From positions 352,001-416,000 of the forward strand of contig CAWAIK010000001.1 of the NCBI GenBank assembly GCA_963782115.1: a stretch of DNA of 64,000 bases, read 5' to 3'. The DNA is from an uncultured Verrucomicrobiae bacterium (GTDB lineage Bacteria; Verrucomicrobiota; Verrucomicrobiia; Chthoniobacterales; JAFAMB01). This document shows positions 9,189 through 22,245 of this stretch, in pieces (the first letter of the stretch is position 1; every line of letters starts with the position of its first letter). The position numbers and the translations under genes were made by a program. The notes beneath the pieces were generated by a model that worked only from the letters and a program-made list of their open reading frames with translations, did no database searches and was not told where the DNA came from.

Positions 9189-9917
9189 ATGGCAAAGGAA
9201 TTAGAAGGTAAGGTCGCCGCTGTCACCGGCGGGGCTTCGGGCATCGGACTGGCCAGCACCGAAGCGATGCTTGCGGCTGGCGCGCGCGTGGTGCTGGTCG
9301 ACCGCGATGAGGCGGCACTAACGGCACTCCACGAAAAGCACGGCGACGCGGTGATTCCGCTGGTCATCGATCTGCTTGATGCGAAGAGCTGCGCGACGCT
9401 GATGTCGCAGATCCTGGAAAAGGCAGGCCAGCTCGATATCCTGCACGCCAATGCCGGTATTTATATCGGCGGCGACTTGGTCGATGCCAACACGGATGCG
9501 ATCGACAGGATGCTGAACCTTAACGTCAATGTGGTGATGAAAAACGTCCACGATGTCCTGCCGCATATGATCGAGCGTGGTACGGGCGACATCGTGGTGA
9601 CGAGTTCGTTAGCGGCTCACTTTCCCACGCCCTGGGAGCCGGTCTATGCGTCGTCCAAATGGGCTATAAACTGCTTCGTCCAGACTGTACGCCGCCAGGT
9701 TTTCAAGCACGGCATCCGCGTTGGCTCGATCTCGCCCGGTCCCGTCATCAGCGCGCTTCTCGCCGACTGGCCGGAGGAGAAATTGAAGGAGGCAAAGGAA
9801 GCAGGCAGCTTGCTCGAAGCGAGCGAGGTGGCCAATGTGGTGATGTTCATGTTGACACGGCCACGCGGGATGACCATTCGCGACGTGGTCATGCTGCCCA
9901 CCAATTTTGATCTCTGA
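9189..9917 (+). CDS. Short-chain dehydrogenase, ribitol 2-dehydrogenase-like
   Basis: TGGASGIG, HANAG, WEPVYASSK (YxxxK), VRRQV..HGIRVG..PGPV. Confidence 0.85.
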   Translation: MAKELEGKVAAVTGGASGIGLASTEAMLAAGARVVLVDRDEAALTALHEKHGDAVIPLVIDLLDAKSCATLMSQILEKAGQLDILHANAGIYIGGDLVDANTDAIDRMLNLNVNVVMKNVHDVLPHMIERGTGDIVVTSSLAAHFPTPWEPVYASSKWAINCFVQTVRRQVFKHGIRVGSISPGPVISALLADWPEEKLKEAKEAGSLLEASEVANVVMFMLTRPRGMTIRDVVMLPTNFDL

Positions 9918-10123
9918 CTGTCTTTAAGGTTCGAAATCGCAAAGAACGAGCAAGTTTTTAGGCGGCTTTTGCAAGGAGGCGAGCGTTTTCGAGCATGTGC
10001 TGGATTTCTTGATCGACGCGGTGGAGGGCGGCGCGCAACGGGTGAGGAATGGAGGAGGGTTTTCGGGCAGCGGGCACACTGCGGCGGGCAACGGTAGCGT
10101 AACAGGTCGTATGATGGACCCGG

Positions 10124-10458
10124 TGTCGCGATGCCCTTTATTACTGGAATCCTAGGCTTCTGTCTCTCGAGGAGAGTCCACTGATAAAGGGCAACGGGGT
10201 GGTGTCGTTTACCTGTGGAATGCGGCCCTTAATCGGTGGACGGAGTGTCACGCCGTTTTGTTGACGCTCTGTAGCGGGCGAAACCCGATTTTCATGGCGC
10301 TTTACCTTTTCAAGTGGCCATTTCTGTGCGCGCGGAGCCCACAGATAAGCAGCACCAAATTCCATTAATTAAGGTCAGCAAAAATGTTGAATTCCACGCA
10401 TTAAAAGCAATTTTCAGGGTCGCGGTTGCAAATTCCACTAATAAAGGGCATCGCGACA
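10124..10458. mobile_element. 335-bp non-autonomous mini-transposon with TG..CA ends and repeated end sites
   Basis: 27-bp TIR TGTCGCGATGCCCTTTATTA(C/G)TGGAAT; further CCAYTRATWAAGG-like copies at ~10176, ~10357, ~10389. Confidence 0.75.
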
Positions 10459-10965
10459 CTGGCGCTTTGCGCTGGCCGCGTGGTGGCGATGACCGTGGCA
10501 CCCACCATTCGGGCTACCTGGAACGCCGCAAGACCCACGCTGCTGGATGCCGCCGTGACGATCACGGTATCGCCTGCGCCGAGCTTGGCCTGCTCGACGA
10601 GCGCTCCCCACGCGGTGACATACTGCATCCAGACCGAAGCGGCCTCGTCGAACGACAGGGCTTCGGGATGCTTCACGACCAAACGCGCCGGCACATTGAC
10701 AAGTTCGCTAGGTCCCCCAACGCGCGATATCGAGCGCGGGAATGACGCTGACCACATCACCCGTCTTGAATGCGGAAACCGCGGCGCCGAACGCATGGAC
10801 GACACCCGCCGCCTCGTAGCCGAGACCACTCGGGAAGGTGGCTTCCTGGAGATAGGCGTGGTTGCGGAACATCACTTCGGCGCGATTGATCCCGATGGCT
10901 TTGACCGCGATCTGGACTTCGTCGTCAGCGGGCGCTGGCACCTCGATGTCCTCGATTTTGAGAAC
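10459..10965 (-). pseudogene. NADPH:quinone oxidoreductase (zeta-crystallin-like) fragment
   Basis: VKAIGINRAE..F, LGYEAAGVV, TAASSSVGLAA; frameshift at ~10710; both ends missing. Confidence 0.85.
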
Positions 10966-10967
10966 GC

Positions 10968-11763
10968 TGGCATCTCAGCGCTTAAATCTAAGCCAATCTG
11001 CGGTTAGTTTGAAAATTCAGCGGCTCGAAGGTCTTCTTGATCGGAAGGTGTTTATTCGATCCCGTCATTCTCTTGAATTGACGCGGGAGGGCGATCTCGT
11101 TCTGGGTTACTCACGGCGTTTGTTGGACTTGAGCCAGGAAATGCTCCTGCTCGTTGCTCAGCCGGCTGTAGAAGGAATTTTACGACTCGGTGTTGTTCAG
11201 CAATTTGGTCCGGAGTTTCTTCCCAATCTCCTGGCCCAATTTAAACGCAGACATCCCAATGTCTGCCTTACTGTCGAAGTTGGAATGACCCCCGACTTGC
11301 TTCTCGCGCTGGAGGCTGATCAACTCGACTTGGTGTTGGGCTTGGCCGGGTGTACGCCAGGCCCAGGAGCCAAAATCAATGCTTTTACAGAAGATCGTAT
11401 CGTCCTGCGCGAACCCTTAGTTTGGGTCGAGGGGGCACAATCTTCGATCGATCCCAAGAAGGATCCGGTTCCTCTGATACTGTTTGCTGCGCCCTGTTCG
11501 TTTCGAAAACTTGCAACTGAGCTCATGGAGAAAGCAGGGCGTCCCTGGCAAAGAGTCTATTCCAGCGCCAGCCTCGCTTCGATCCAGGCCGCCGTGCAGG
11601 CTGAATTAGGCATTTCCATCTTGGGTAAATCATCAGTTCTCTCCGGCATGTGCGTCATCAGTCCCAGGGCAGGGCTTCCCGCTCTGCCGGATAGCGCCCT
11701 CGCCTTATCCGTGAGCAGTGAAACTCTCGCGCGAAGCGCCCACTCGTTTGGCCGACGATGCTA
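10968..11763 (+). pseudogene. LysR regulator, 5'-truncated and 3'-interrupted by IS630
   Basis: Begins mid-HTH (ASQRLNLSQSAVSLKIQRLE); substrate-binding domain LRLG, DL.L; IS630 at the TA at 11762. Confidence 0.8.
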
Positions 11764-12864
11764 TTGGTCATTTCAAAATTTAAGTGATATTTATCTTTTC
11801 AAAATGAAGGAGTTGTTCTACATCTTGTGGTATGCCCCGGGATGGGAGGAGGTTACCGCACAATATATTGGAGGAGATGCGCTTTCGTGCTATCGAAGCA
11901 CACCAAGCGGGGAAGGGTGTCGCGGAGATCGCGAAACTGCTGGGTGTACATTGGGGCAGTGTATCACGTTGGCTTACAAAATGGCGTCGGGGTGGACAGA
12001 GGGCTCTTAAGGAACGCAAGGCGACAGGCAGGCCGCCCAAATTGGATTGCGAGCGAGACGGCAAAGCGATTCTAAAGTTGGTGAAACACCCGGCCACTGG
12101 ATATGGTTATGAGCATCCGCTTTGGACCTGTCAGCGTATTAGGCAAGTTATCAGCGTTGAGTTGAATCTGGTTGTGTCTGTCCCTACGCTCTGGAGGGAA
12201 CTCAAGAAACTAAAGCTCAGTTGTCAAAAACCTGAACGGCGTGCGCTGGAACAAGATCCTGAAGCGCGCGCTCGATGGATCACGACCGAATGGCCTCGGA
12301 TCAAGCGTCTGGCCAGGAAGCAGCGCGCGCTACTCTTCTTCGAAAACCAGTCGGTGGTTCGATTGACTCCAACCGTGGGCAGAACCTGGGCACCGGTGGG
12401 AAAGACTCCGATAGTTCGCGTTACTGGCAAGCGAGCCAGCGTACTAAGTCATGAGCGCGCTGAGCCTGCAAGGTCGATTGTTTTTCAAGATTCCATCGGA
12501 GAAAGTCAATGCCACAGTATTCATTGACTTCCTCAAAGAGTTGCTCGCTGAATATCCGAAACGAAAGATCTTTGTGATTGCCGATCAGGCAAGTCCACAC
12601 ATCGCCAAAAGTGTAAAGGCTTTCCTCGCCGGCCAGAAAAGGCTAAAGTTGTTTTACCTGCCGGCGTACTCGCCGGATTTCAATCCGGATGAGGAAGTTT
12701 GGAGTCATTTGAAATCGCAGGAATTGAAGGCGCACCAAGCAACTAACAAAGAAGAACTGATCAAAAAGACCCATGAGGCATTAAAGAGAATGGCGAAACG
12801 CCCGGCCCTGATTCGGTCCTTTTTTAAACGCTGTAACATCACCTAAATTATGAAAAGACCAATA
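11762..12864 (+). mobile_element. IS630-family element, probably inactive
   Basis: TIR TATTGGTCATTTCAAAATTTAAGTGAT / TATTGGTCTTTTCATAATTTAGGTGAT with TA at both ends; ORFs 11832-12527 and 12451-12846 carry HTH and YLPAYSPDFNPDE; first catalytic motif reads FENQS instead of FEDES. Confidence 0.92.
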
Positions 12865-13009
12865 TCCGCCGAGAAATTGATCTTCCCTATCGAACTGAGC
12901 CCGCGGAAGACCGCTAGGTGTCATCCTAACGATGCCGGAGGACCTTCCACGGCTATCCTGACCGTCAACCAGATTTCCCAGCTCAGTCGTGCCGAATCCC
13001 AGCCGACGC

Positions 13010-13217
13010 GCGCTTGCTGATTTTCAGCGACGGCGTCTTTGAAATCTTCCGCGATGAAGGTGCCGTATGGAATCTGGATGCTTGCATCGCGCATATGGCA
13101 GCCCTGGCCGAACGGCAGGGAAGCCTTATGGATGAACTTTTGGATCATGTTTACCACCTTCGCGGATCGGCTCGCCTGGACGACGACTTCTCCATCATTG
13201 AGGCTTTGTTCCATTAA
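13010..13217 (+). pseudogene. PP2C/SpoIIE phosphatase C-terminal fragment
   Basis: LIFSDGVFE ... LDDDFSII. Confidence 0.75.
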
Positions 13218-13491
13218 GGGATCGTAAGCCCAAATCGCAAAGCAGGAGTCAATCACAGGCAGCAACGGCCATTTCAATTACCAATTGCTCGTTCATCCAG
13301 GTGGAACGTCCCATAAGGCATGACGTGGCCGTAAATGAGCTGCAGCCGCCGCACATCACCGATCAGCCGATCATCGCGAGAATGAAGCGCATCTGCATCG
13401 AGCCCGGCAAGAGTTTCGACCTCCCGCTTTTGCGCGTTACGGGAGTCGCTGCCCGACGAGCGCTGCGTTCTGCTGGACCGATTCCAGAGTC

Positions 13492-13962
13492 ATGATGGCC
13501 GACATCGACGATCCTCTGTTCCTCCAGGTCAAGGAGGCCGGACCGTCCGTCCTGGAGCCCTATGCGGGTAAGAGTATTTATGCGAACCATGGTCAGCGGT
13601 TTGTGAACGGCCTGAGGCTGATGCAGTCGGTCAGCGACCTGTTTCTCGGGTGGACCGAGGCCGCGAGGGCCGCCACTTCTACGTCCGGCAACTGCATGAC
13701 ATTGAAGATCAAGCTTTTGGTCGAGATGTTCACACTCAGCGTGATAGCCCAATACGCGGAGTATTGCGGTTGGGCGTTGGCACGGGCAGACGCCTGGGCC
13801 GGCCAACCGACTCTGATTGCAGGCTATCTGGGTAAGGGCGATCAGTTTGATGAGGCAGTAGCCGACGTCGCGATTGCATATGCGGAGCAGAACGAGCGCG
13901 ATTATAAGCCGCTGGTGCGCGCGGCCCAGCAAGGCCGTATCGAAGTGTACACCAAAAGCTAA
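13492..13962 (+). pseudogene. DUF2252-family C-terminal fragment, frameshifted; a short DUF1254-like fragment lies at ~13320-13420
   Basis: DPLFLQVKEA.PSVLEPY, HGQR.V.G.RLMQ..SD.FLGW, HFYVRQL.D in the alternate frame, CGWALARA, YA.QNERDY. Confidence 0.8.
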
Positions 13963-14129
13963 GGATTTGGTACGAGGATACACAAAAGGAATCGTGAATT
14001 AACCATTTTGGCTTTCAGAACCACACAGCTTCCAGAACCACACACTGTATGATAACTAAGACCCGGTAGACGCTCGTCGATGAACCCACGCAAATGTGCG
14101 GCGCGCTCTGACACTCTCTTTCCCGTTCC

Positions 14130-16505
14130 ATGTACTCAATAACGCGAATCGTTTTGTTTATTAGCCTGGTTTTGGTTTCCAGCGGCGTCACGGCGCCAGG
14201 CGGCCAACAAGCTTCTGCCTCACTGGCGAAGCAGAATCCGGCGCCCACCCCTATCCCCTTAGCCAAGGTACCTTTGGAAGCGCAGTCCGCGTTTGCTTCT
14301 CTCCAAGAAATCGATGCGAATGTGTCGGGGGATCAGTCAAGCGCGGACGGCATCGCCCGCACTGTCTCGGTCCTGACAAGTGAAATCGATGCAAGAATCG
14401 CTGACGACACGAGGCTCCTGACGACGAGTCCGTCCCTCGACATGCTTTACCCGCTCAAGCTGACCTGGCAAATTTTAAGCGTTCGTTTGTCGGTACCAGA
14501 CGGCGAGCTGACACGGCATGCCACAAGCCTGGAAGAGCAACTCGCGCGTCTGGATCATTTGAACAAGACCTGGCAGGCAACACTCCAATCGGCGAAACAG
14601 CCCGAAACGCCCTCTCCAGTCTTGCAGCGGGTGCAGAGTGTCGTCGATTCTGTTGAGCGAACGCGACATGCAGCCGATTCTGCCCGAGAAAATGTTTTGA
14701 CGTTGCAGAGCCGCCTTTCCGAGGAGGAAGCCCGTGTGCGAACAGCTCTGTCTTTAATCGAGCGGGCAGAAAAGCGAGCATTGCAAGATATTTTTGTCAG
14801 GAACAGCCCACCCATCTGGAGCCTTAAGACCAGTCTGGGCACAGAGTGGCACGAGAGAAGTGGCGAGTCGTTTTCTTCGCAACTGAAAACATCCACCGCG
14901 TTCACTAAACGGCTCCCTTTTACGTTCCTGATCCACGCTCTTTTCATTGTGCTGATGGCTACCGCGCTTCATTGGATGCGGCGCAGAATTCGAAAACTAG
15001 CGGAGGAAAAGCCGGATCTGCAGAGCACTCTGCCCACCCTCGATCTCCCCGTCTCAACAGCCTTCGCACTTTCAATGCTGCTCGTACCCTCAATCTATGC
15101 GGAAGCTCCCCGCTTGATCCATGCAGTCATGGGAGCCGTAACGCTCATCCCAACCGCAATGATTCTCCGACGACTACTGACACGTAACTCGTATCCAATC
15201 CTCAATGCGATCGTCATCATGTATTTCGTCGGTCAACTCCGAATACTCGCCGCGTCTCTACCGATGTTGGCCAGGTTCATATTTCTTGGCCAAGTGCTGG
15301 GCGCGATTGTCTTTCTTGTCTGGATTCTACGGAGCTGGCACCTATCGACGGAAGCCGCTGAAACCCACGGCCGCGTTTCGCGAACAATCCGAGCGATTGC
15401 CAAAATCGGGCTTATTCTTTTGCCGGCGACGTTCCTGGCAAATATTTGCGGATACGTCAACCTGGGGAACCTTTTGGGAATCGTTTTTCTCAGGAGCGTT
15501 TACATCGCGGCTGTGCTCTACGCCGTCATTCGGATCATTGAAGGATTGATTGTTATTGCGCTGCAGGTCCGCCCACTTGGCTCGTTGCGGGTTATTAGTC
15601 TGCATCGGCCCATGCTTCAGCGGCGGACCTGCGGCGTACTCGAGTTTTTGGCCTTTTTGTTCTGGTTTAACCTGCTGCTGAACTTTTTGGGTCTACGAGC
15701 TCCGTTTATCGCGGCGACTGAAGCGGCGCTGAACGCGAACCTCGCAGTCGGCTCGTTCAACATTACTCCGGGCCACATCCTGGCATTCCTGATCACGGTT
15801 TGGGCTTCTTTTCTGGTCTCGAAATTCTTGCGTTTTTTGCTGGAAGAAGACGTTTATCATCATTTGCATCTCGCACCCGGCATTCCGTACGCGATCTCTG
15901 CGATGCTTCACTATCTAATCCTGCTCTTAGGCTTATTCGTCGCCTTGGGCGCGCTCGGTATTGATCTGACAAAGGTTACTATCCTGGCCGGAGCATTCAC
16001 CGTGGGCATCGGATTTGGATTACAAAATGTGATCAATAATTTTGTGTCCGGAGTGATTCTGCTTTTTGAACGTCCGATCAAAGTCGGTGACGTCATCGAG
16101 GTAGGTGGCAACGTTGGAGAGGTCAGCCGCATCGGCATTCGCGCCACTGTCATTCGCACCGCGGACGGTTCGGAAGTCATCGTGCCGAATGGATCGCTTA
16201 TCTCGGGTCAAGTGACTAACTGGACCTTTTCAGATCGCAAGCGCGCGGTCGAAGTCTCAATCAGCGTGATCGGAGGCGCCGATCACCAACGTGTGGTCGA
16301 AGTGTTGAAAAGTACTGCCGCTGCTCATCCTGGTGTAGCAAAAGAACCATCGCCGCAAGTCTATGTGGTCAACTTCAGCTCCGGCGCGGTAACCTTTCAA
16401 CTTCGAGCTTGGACGGATCGCAATGAGGAGTGGGCTCAGCTGCGAAGCGATCTTTCAGTCGCTGTGAACGATGCCTTGGCCCGCGAGAAAATAGCGATCG
16501 CATAA
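14130..16505 (+). CDS. Mechanosensitive channel, MscS family (MscK-like, large periplasmic N-terminus)
   Basis: Signal peptide, coiled coil, multiple TMs, GIGFGLQNVINNFVSG..LLFERPIKVGD, VPN..L...VTNW. Confidence 0.92.
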   Translation: MYSITRIVLFISLVLVSSGVTAPGGQQASASLAKQNPAPTPIPLAKVPLEAQSAFASLQEIDANVSGDQSSADGIARTVSVLTSEIDARIADDTRLLTTSPSLDMLYPLKLTWQILSVRLSVPDGELTRHATSLEEQLARLDHLNKTWQATLQSAKQPETPSPVLQRVQSVVDSVERTRHAADSARENVLTLQSRLSEEEARVRTALSLIERAEKRALQDIFVRNSPPIWSLKTSLGTEWHERSGESFSSQLKTSTAFTKRLPFTFLIHALFIVLMATALHWMRRRIRKLAEEKPDLQSTLPTLDLPVSTAFALSMLLVPSIYAEAPRLIHAVMGAVTLIPTAMILRRLLTRNSYPILNAIVIMYFVGQLRILAASLPMLARFIFLGQVLGAIVFLVWILRSWHLSTEAAETHGRVSRTIRAIAKIGLILLPATFLANICGYVNLGNLLGIVFLRSVYIAAVLYAVIRIIEGLIVIALQVRPLGSLRVISLHRPMLQRRTCGVLEFLAFLFWFNLLLNFLGLRAPFIAATEAALNANLAVGSFNITPGHILAFLITVWASFLVSKFLRFLLEEDVYHHLHLAPGIPYAISAMLHYLILLLGLFVALGALGIDLTKVTILAGAFTVGIGFGLQNVINNFVSGVILLFERPIKVGDVIEVGGNVGEVSRIGIRATVIRTADGSEVIVPNGSLISGQVTNWTFSDRKRAVEVSISVIGGADHQRVVEVLKSTAAAHPGVAKEPSPQVYVVNFSSGAVTFQLRAWTDRNEEWAQLRSDLSVAVNDALAREKIAIA

Positions 16506-16753
16506 GCCCCAGGCTTAGAAGCTGGAATTGAGCGACACCATGCTCCTTTAGGTGAATGATAAATCAGTGCAGATGGCAATTTGCTCAACCCACGAGTCCT
16601 TTGTTGAAGATTGACTGGCGTCCATGAAAATATCACTTCATCTGACGGGCAGCGTTTCCGAGCGGGAGGTCGCGGCGAGGAGCTAATTGTAAACAGTTCG
16701 AGAGAAGACTACAATTGAGCACGCAGGAGATCATCAGAGAGCTGTATTTACGG

Positions 16754-17395
16754 CTACCTCTCCATGTTCTTCAAGGCATCATTGAGAGCGATTTCTGGGG
16801 TGGCTCCGCCGTTTGTGGCGATCTCGAAAGCAGCCCTCATCGAAGTCCAGAATTTGCCCATTTGCGGAATGTTCGGCATCACAACCCCGTTTTCAGCGTT
16901 CTCGTAAGTTACTTTGATTAGATGGTTCTTGGTGGCCATCTCGTCACAGAGGGTTTTAAGTGCCGGAACGCAAACCCGCTGTTTGTGTGTCACGGCATCC
17001 CAAGACATCGGTAGGTACTTCGCCTTGAATTCGTCTTTGATATCCAGCGGTTTTAGCAAACCTGAATCGGCCCATTCTCCGATACGATCATTCGCCCAAA
17101 AGAATATATCCGGGCCTTTGCCGCTCTGGGCGGCAGCCTGAAATTTGTCGATGATTTTCTCTTGGGTCTCTACTTTGACCGGAGCTCCGACCTCTTCTTC
17201 GAAGGTTTTGCCGATATCGCTTAGTGCGTGAAAAGCTCGATTACTACCTATCCAGATCAGGAGTTCTCCATCGGTCCAGGCAAATGCCTGAGCAGCAGAG
17301 AAAAGTACGAAGATAAGGCAGAGAGACTTTTTACTGGTTCCTGCCGCGCGGGAAACTATCGCCTGTACCCAGAGACCGAGGGGTTTTCTATTCAT
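16754..17395 (-). pseudogene. malE: Second malE paralog with an in-frame internal deletion of ~200 codons
   Basis: N- and C-terminal parts closely match 57793-58974; junction VTHKQRV-C-VPALK at ~16971. Confidence 0.88.
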
Positions 17396-17552
17396 AAGGG
17401 GTTAAATTCCAACAAAGGTACGTAAAGTCCCACACAGTTTACTACAAGTTCCGGTGACTGAAGCACATAACGCGGTTCGGCAGCCCTCAAATTTTTGACC
17501 TCCATAGAGGGTCAATTTTCTTAAACCCTTAGGCTTGAATTGCCGAAACTTT

Positions 17553-17963
17553 ATGTCCAATCCAACTCATCCGCCAGAAGGTGAACCAGTAATTCGCGCG
17601 ATCGCTATGCCCGCCGATACCAACCCGGCCGGAGATATCTTTGGGGGGTGGTTAATGTCGCAGATGGATCTTGCCGGGGCTAACGCTGCAGTCCATCGGG
17701 CGCGCGGGCGCTGCGTCACTGTCGCAGTGGATGGCATGGTTTTTCATGAACCAGTATATGTCGGAGACGAAGTCAGTCTATACGCGGGCATTTTGCGGGT
17801 CGGCAAAACATCCATGACTGTTCGAATTGAGGCATGGCGGCGCAGTCGCACCGCAGAGTCCAAGCACAAGGTTACGGAGGCTACGTTCACGTTCGTCGCC
17901 GTCGACGAGGATAGGAAACAGCTCGTGATAAGAACAAGTTGCGGCGCCGTTGCACGTCACTGA
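17553..17963 (+). CDS. Acyl-CoA thioesterase (YciA-like hotdog fold)
   Basis: AMPADTNPAGDIFGGWLMSQMDLAG, TVAVD.M.F..PV.VGD. Confidence 0.92.
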   Translation: MSNPTHPPEGEPVIRAIAMPADTNPAGDIFGGWLMSQMDLAGANAAVHRARGRCVTVAVDGMVFHEPVYVGDEVSLYAGILRVGKTSMTVRIEAWRRSRTAESKHKVTEATFTFVAVDEDRKQLVIRTSCGAVARH

Positions 17964-18304
17964 AGCAAAAAAGAACCGATTGAGTAAGCCCCAAAATTAA
18001 CCGACTAAACAAGAGACACTTTTGGGAGCCGTATGAGCCGATCAAAGGCGCCATCTGACTCACCGGAAAAGGAGTGCTAGCCGTGGATCCGGCTCGGGAT
18101 GTCAAGACCGAGAGATTTTCGCGGACTGAAGGCGAAGTTAAAACGCTGCCGGACGCACGTCGGCCATTCTAATTTACGCTTTTGCATTGTTTCTCCTTTC
18201 AACTCTTTGGGACTGAACCACCTCGTATCGAATCCAGAGCGCATCATGACCGCGCTGCTCTACGGATTTGAGCCGGAGGGGAACGGCCGTTTTTCTTGAA
18301 GGAC

Positions 18305-18650
18305 TCACACCGTCGAAGACGGCAGGAATGTCGTGGCGTCCGTCGATGCCAGGGACACCAGAAGGCTCACCTCATCAACCAGATCGGCCTCCAGCAAGGC
18401 GCCGTTGATGTGGCTGCCTCCTTCGAGAAGCAGAGTGCGAATTCCGAAGTGCTCTCCGAGCTGGTTTACGGCATCAGTGAGATCGACAGAGGACTTTCCG
18501 GAGACGACGTAGGAGATTCCCTTCTCGCGGAGCATGGCTTGGGGTCAGTAGGTTCAAGCAATCAATAGGAAACCCAGGTTTCCGTAACGCCATCCTATCT
18601 TGCCTCGGGTGTCTACGCGTCCCCAAAGCCGGACGCTCGCCCCTCAGGAA
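18305..18650 (-). pseudogene. RibD C-terminal-domain reductase fragment
   Basis: LREKGISY, FGIRTLLLEGG..ING.LL.ADLVDEVSLL; upstream VDTRGKIGW with stops. Confidence 0.75.
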
Positions 18651-18659
18651 GAGACCACG

Positions 18660-19447
18660 GCGCGCCGCTCGGTCAAGAGTGACGCGAATCCGGCATATAG
18701 CGCCAAGAAAATCCAGAAAGAAAGGAAACGATGAGCTAATCAAAGTGGAAATTCTTTGCAGGAACCCAGCGGGACCTGAGGCCCGCCCGGAAAAGGTGGC
18801 AACCGTCCGGAAGTAAGCATTGGAGAGTCGTCAGAGATGGCGGCATCAAGCGTATGCAGTGAGCACAAAAGCCGTGTGATTGAGCCTCGAAATATTCAGA
18901 TCGCTGGAGCTTTCGTTTTTATGTCCACGGGAGCAGCACCAGAGCGTCAAATGCCTAACGCAATGGTCCGGCCGGGGTCTAAGAGTAGGGCAAATGTGCG
19001 CAAGGGTTCCCTGGGAACTTGGGAGATCCTCCTGTCTCCTCTTCTACTAAACCAGAAAAGGGACGACACTGGTAGAACAACGACCTGGCACACCGGAACT
19101 GACTTAGCGGCTGGTGTGAGCAAACGAGCTAAGCACCAAGAGGTATTAACGGCCGAACGCAATGAGGCCGTTGAAAAGGACAGAGGAAGTCGTAGCGCCC
19201 TCATAGTAGCGCCAGAAAGCAGGGAAACCGACCCGCGGAAGCTTGTGAGTAGCCAAGGGGGGCGTCGGTTTACGGAACTGCCACTGGGAAACACGGGATG
19301 AACTCAGAGTCGTCAACAAACGTGTTAACGCGACAGTGGCGGATAGTAACGGGTAGCAAAACCGTAAATCCGAGGAACCGGATGCCCGAAATGGGCGCGT
19401 CCGGATCTGTGGGGGCGCCTTTGGAGGAATCCGGGGCGCTACCCGGC
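18660..19447 (+). ncRNA. ORF-less group II intron (IIB-like), ~790 nt
   Basis: 5' GCGCGCCG with first hairpin; DI motifs GGGTCTAAGAG and GGGAACTTGGGAGATCC; DIII CATAGTAG..AAGGGG; closed DIV TTTACGG/CCGTAAA (19269-19368); DV GAACCGGATGCCCGAAATGGGCGCGTCCGGATC; DVI ending CTACCCGGC. Confidence 0.88.
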
Positions 19448-19559
19448 AACGGCCCTCCTCCCCCGTCTACGATTCGCTCGCGGGGTCCCCTCCAAAATTT
19501 ATTCCGTTTCGCCGCTTCGCGCTCTTGACCGTCCGGCTTGGTTCGCCGTGGTCACGGCT

Positions 19560-19691
19560 TCGATACAGGTCCGTAAACGACCGGGCTACTTGAAGCTTGT
19601 TCACAGCAATTACCTGATTTACTACCGGATCAAAGAAGAAGAGAAGGTTGTCGAAGTACTCCGGTTTGTTCACGGCGCGCAGATTCGTTAA
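19560..19691 (+). pseudogene. RelE/ParE toxin C-terminal fragment
   Basis: KLVHSNYLIYYRIKEEEKVVEVLRFVHGAQIR*. Confidence 0.7.
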
Positions 19692-19815
19692 GATACCATC
19701 GGGACAACGTTAGCGGCTAGAACCGTTGGAAAGATATTCCAGTAGCGCTCGGCCTCACCCGGCGTCACGACCTCGCGGTAATGATTAAAGACCGTGTGAC
19801 GCGAAACATGTCCTA

Positions 19816-22199
<2,384 letters not shown>

Positions 22200-22245
22200 T
22201 AACTAAACATGCTCCCCACCCCGACCGCGTAGTTGTTCGTGCTAA

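Noticed and set aside
18837..19528. ORFs inside the ORF-less intron
   Set aside because: They overlap structured intron domains and have no RT motifs beyond a few start-like codons.
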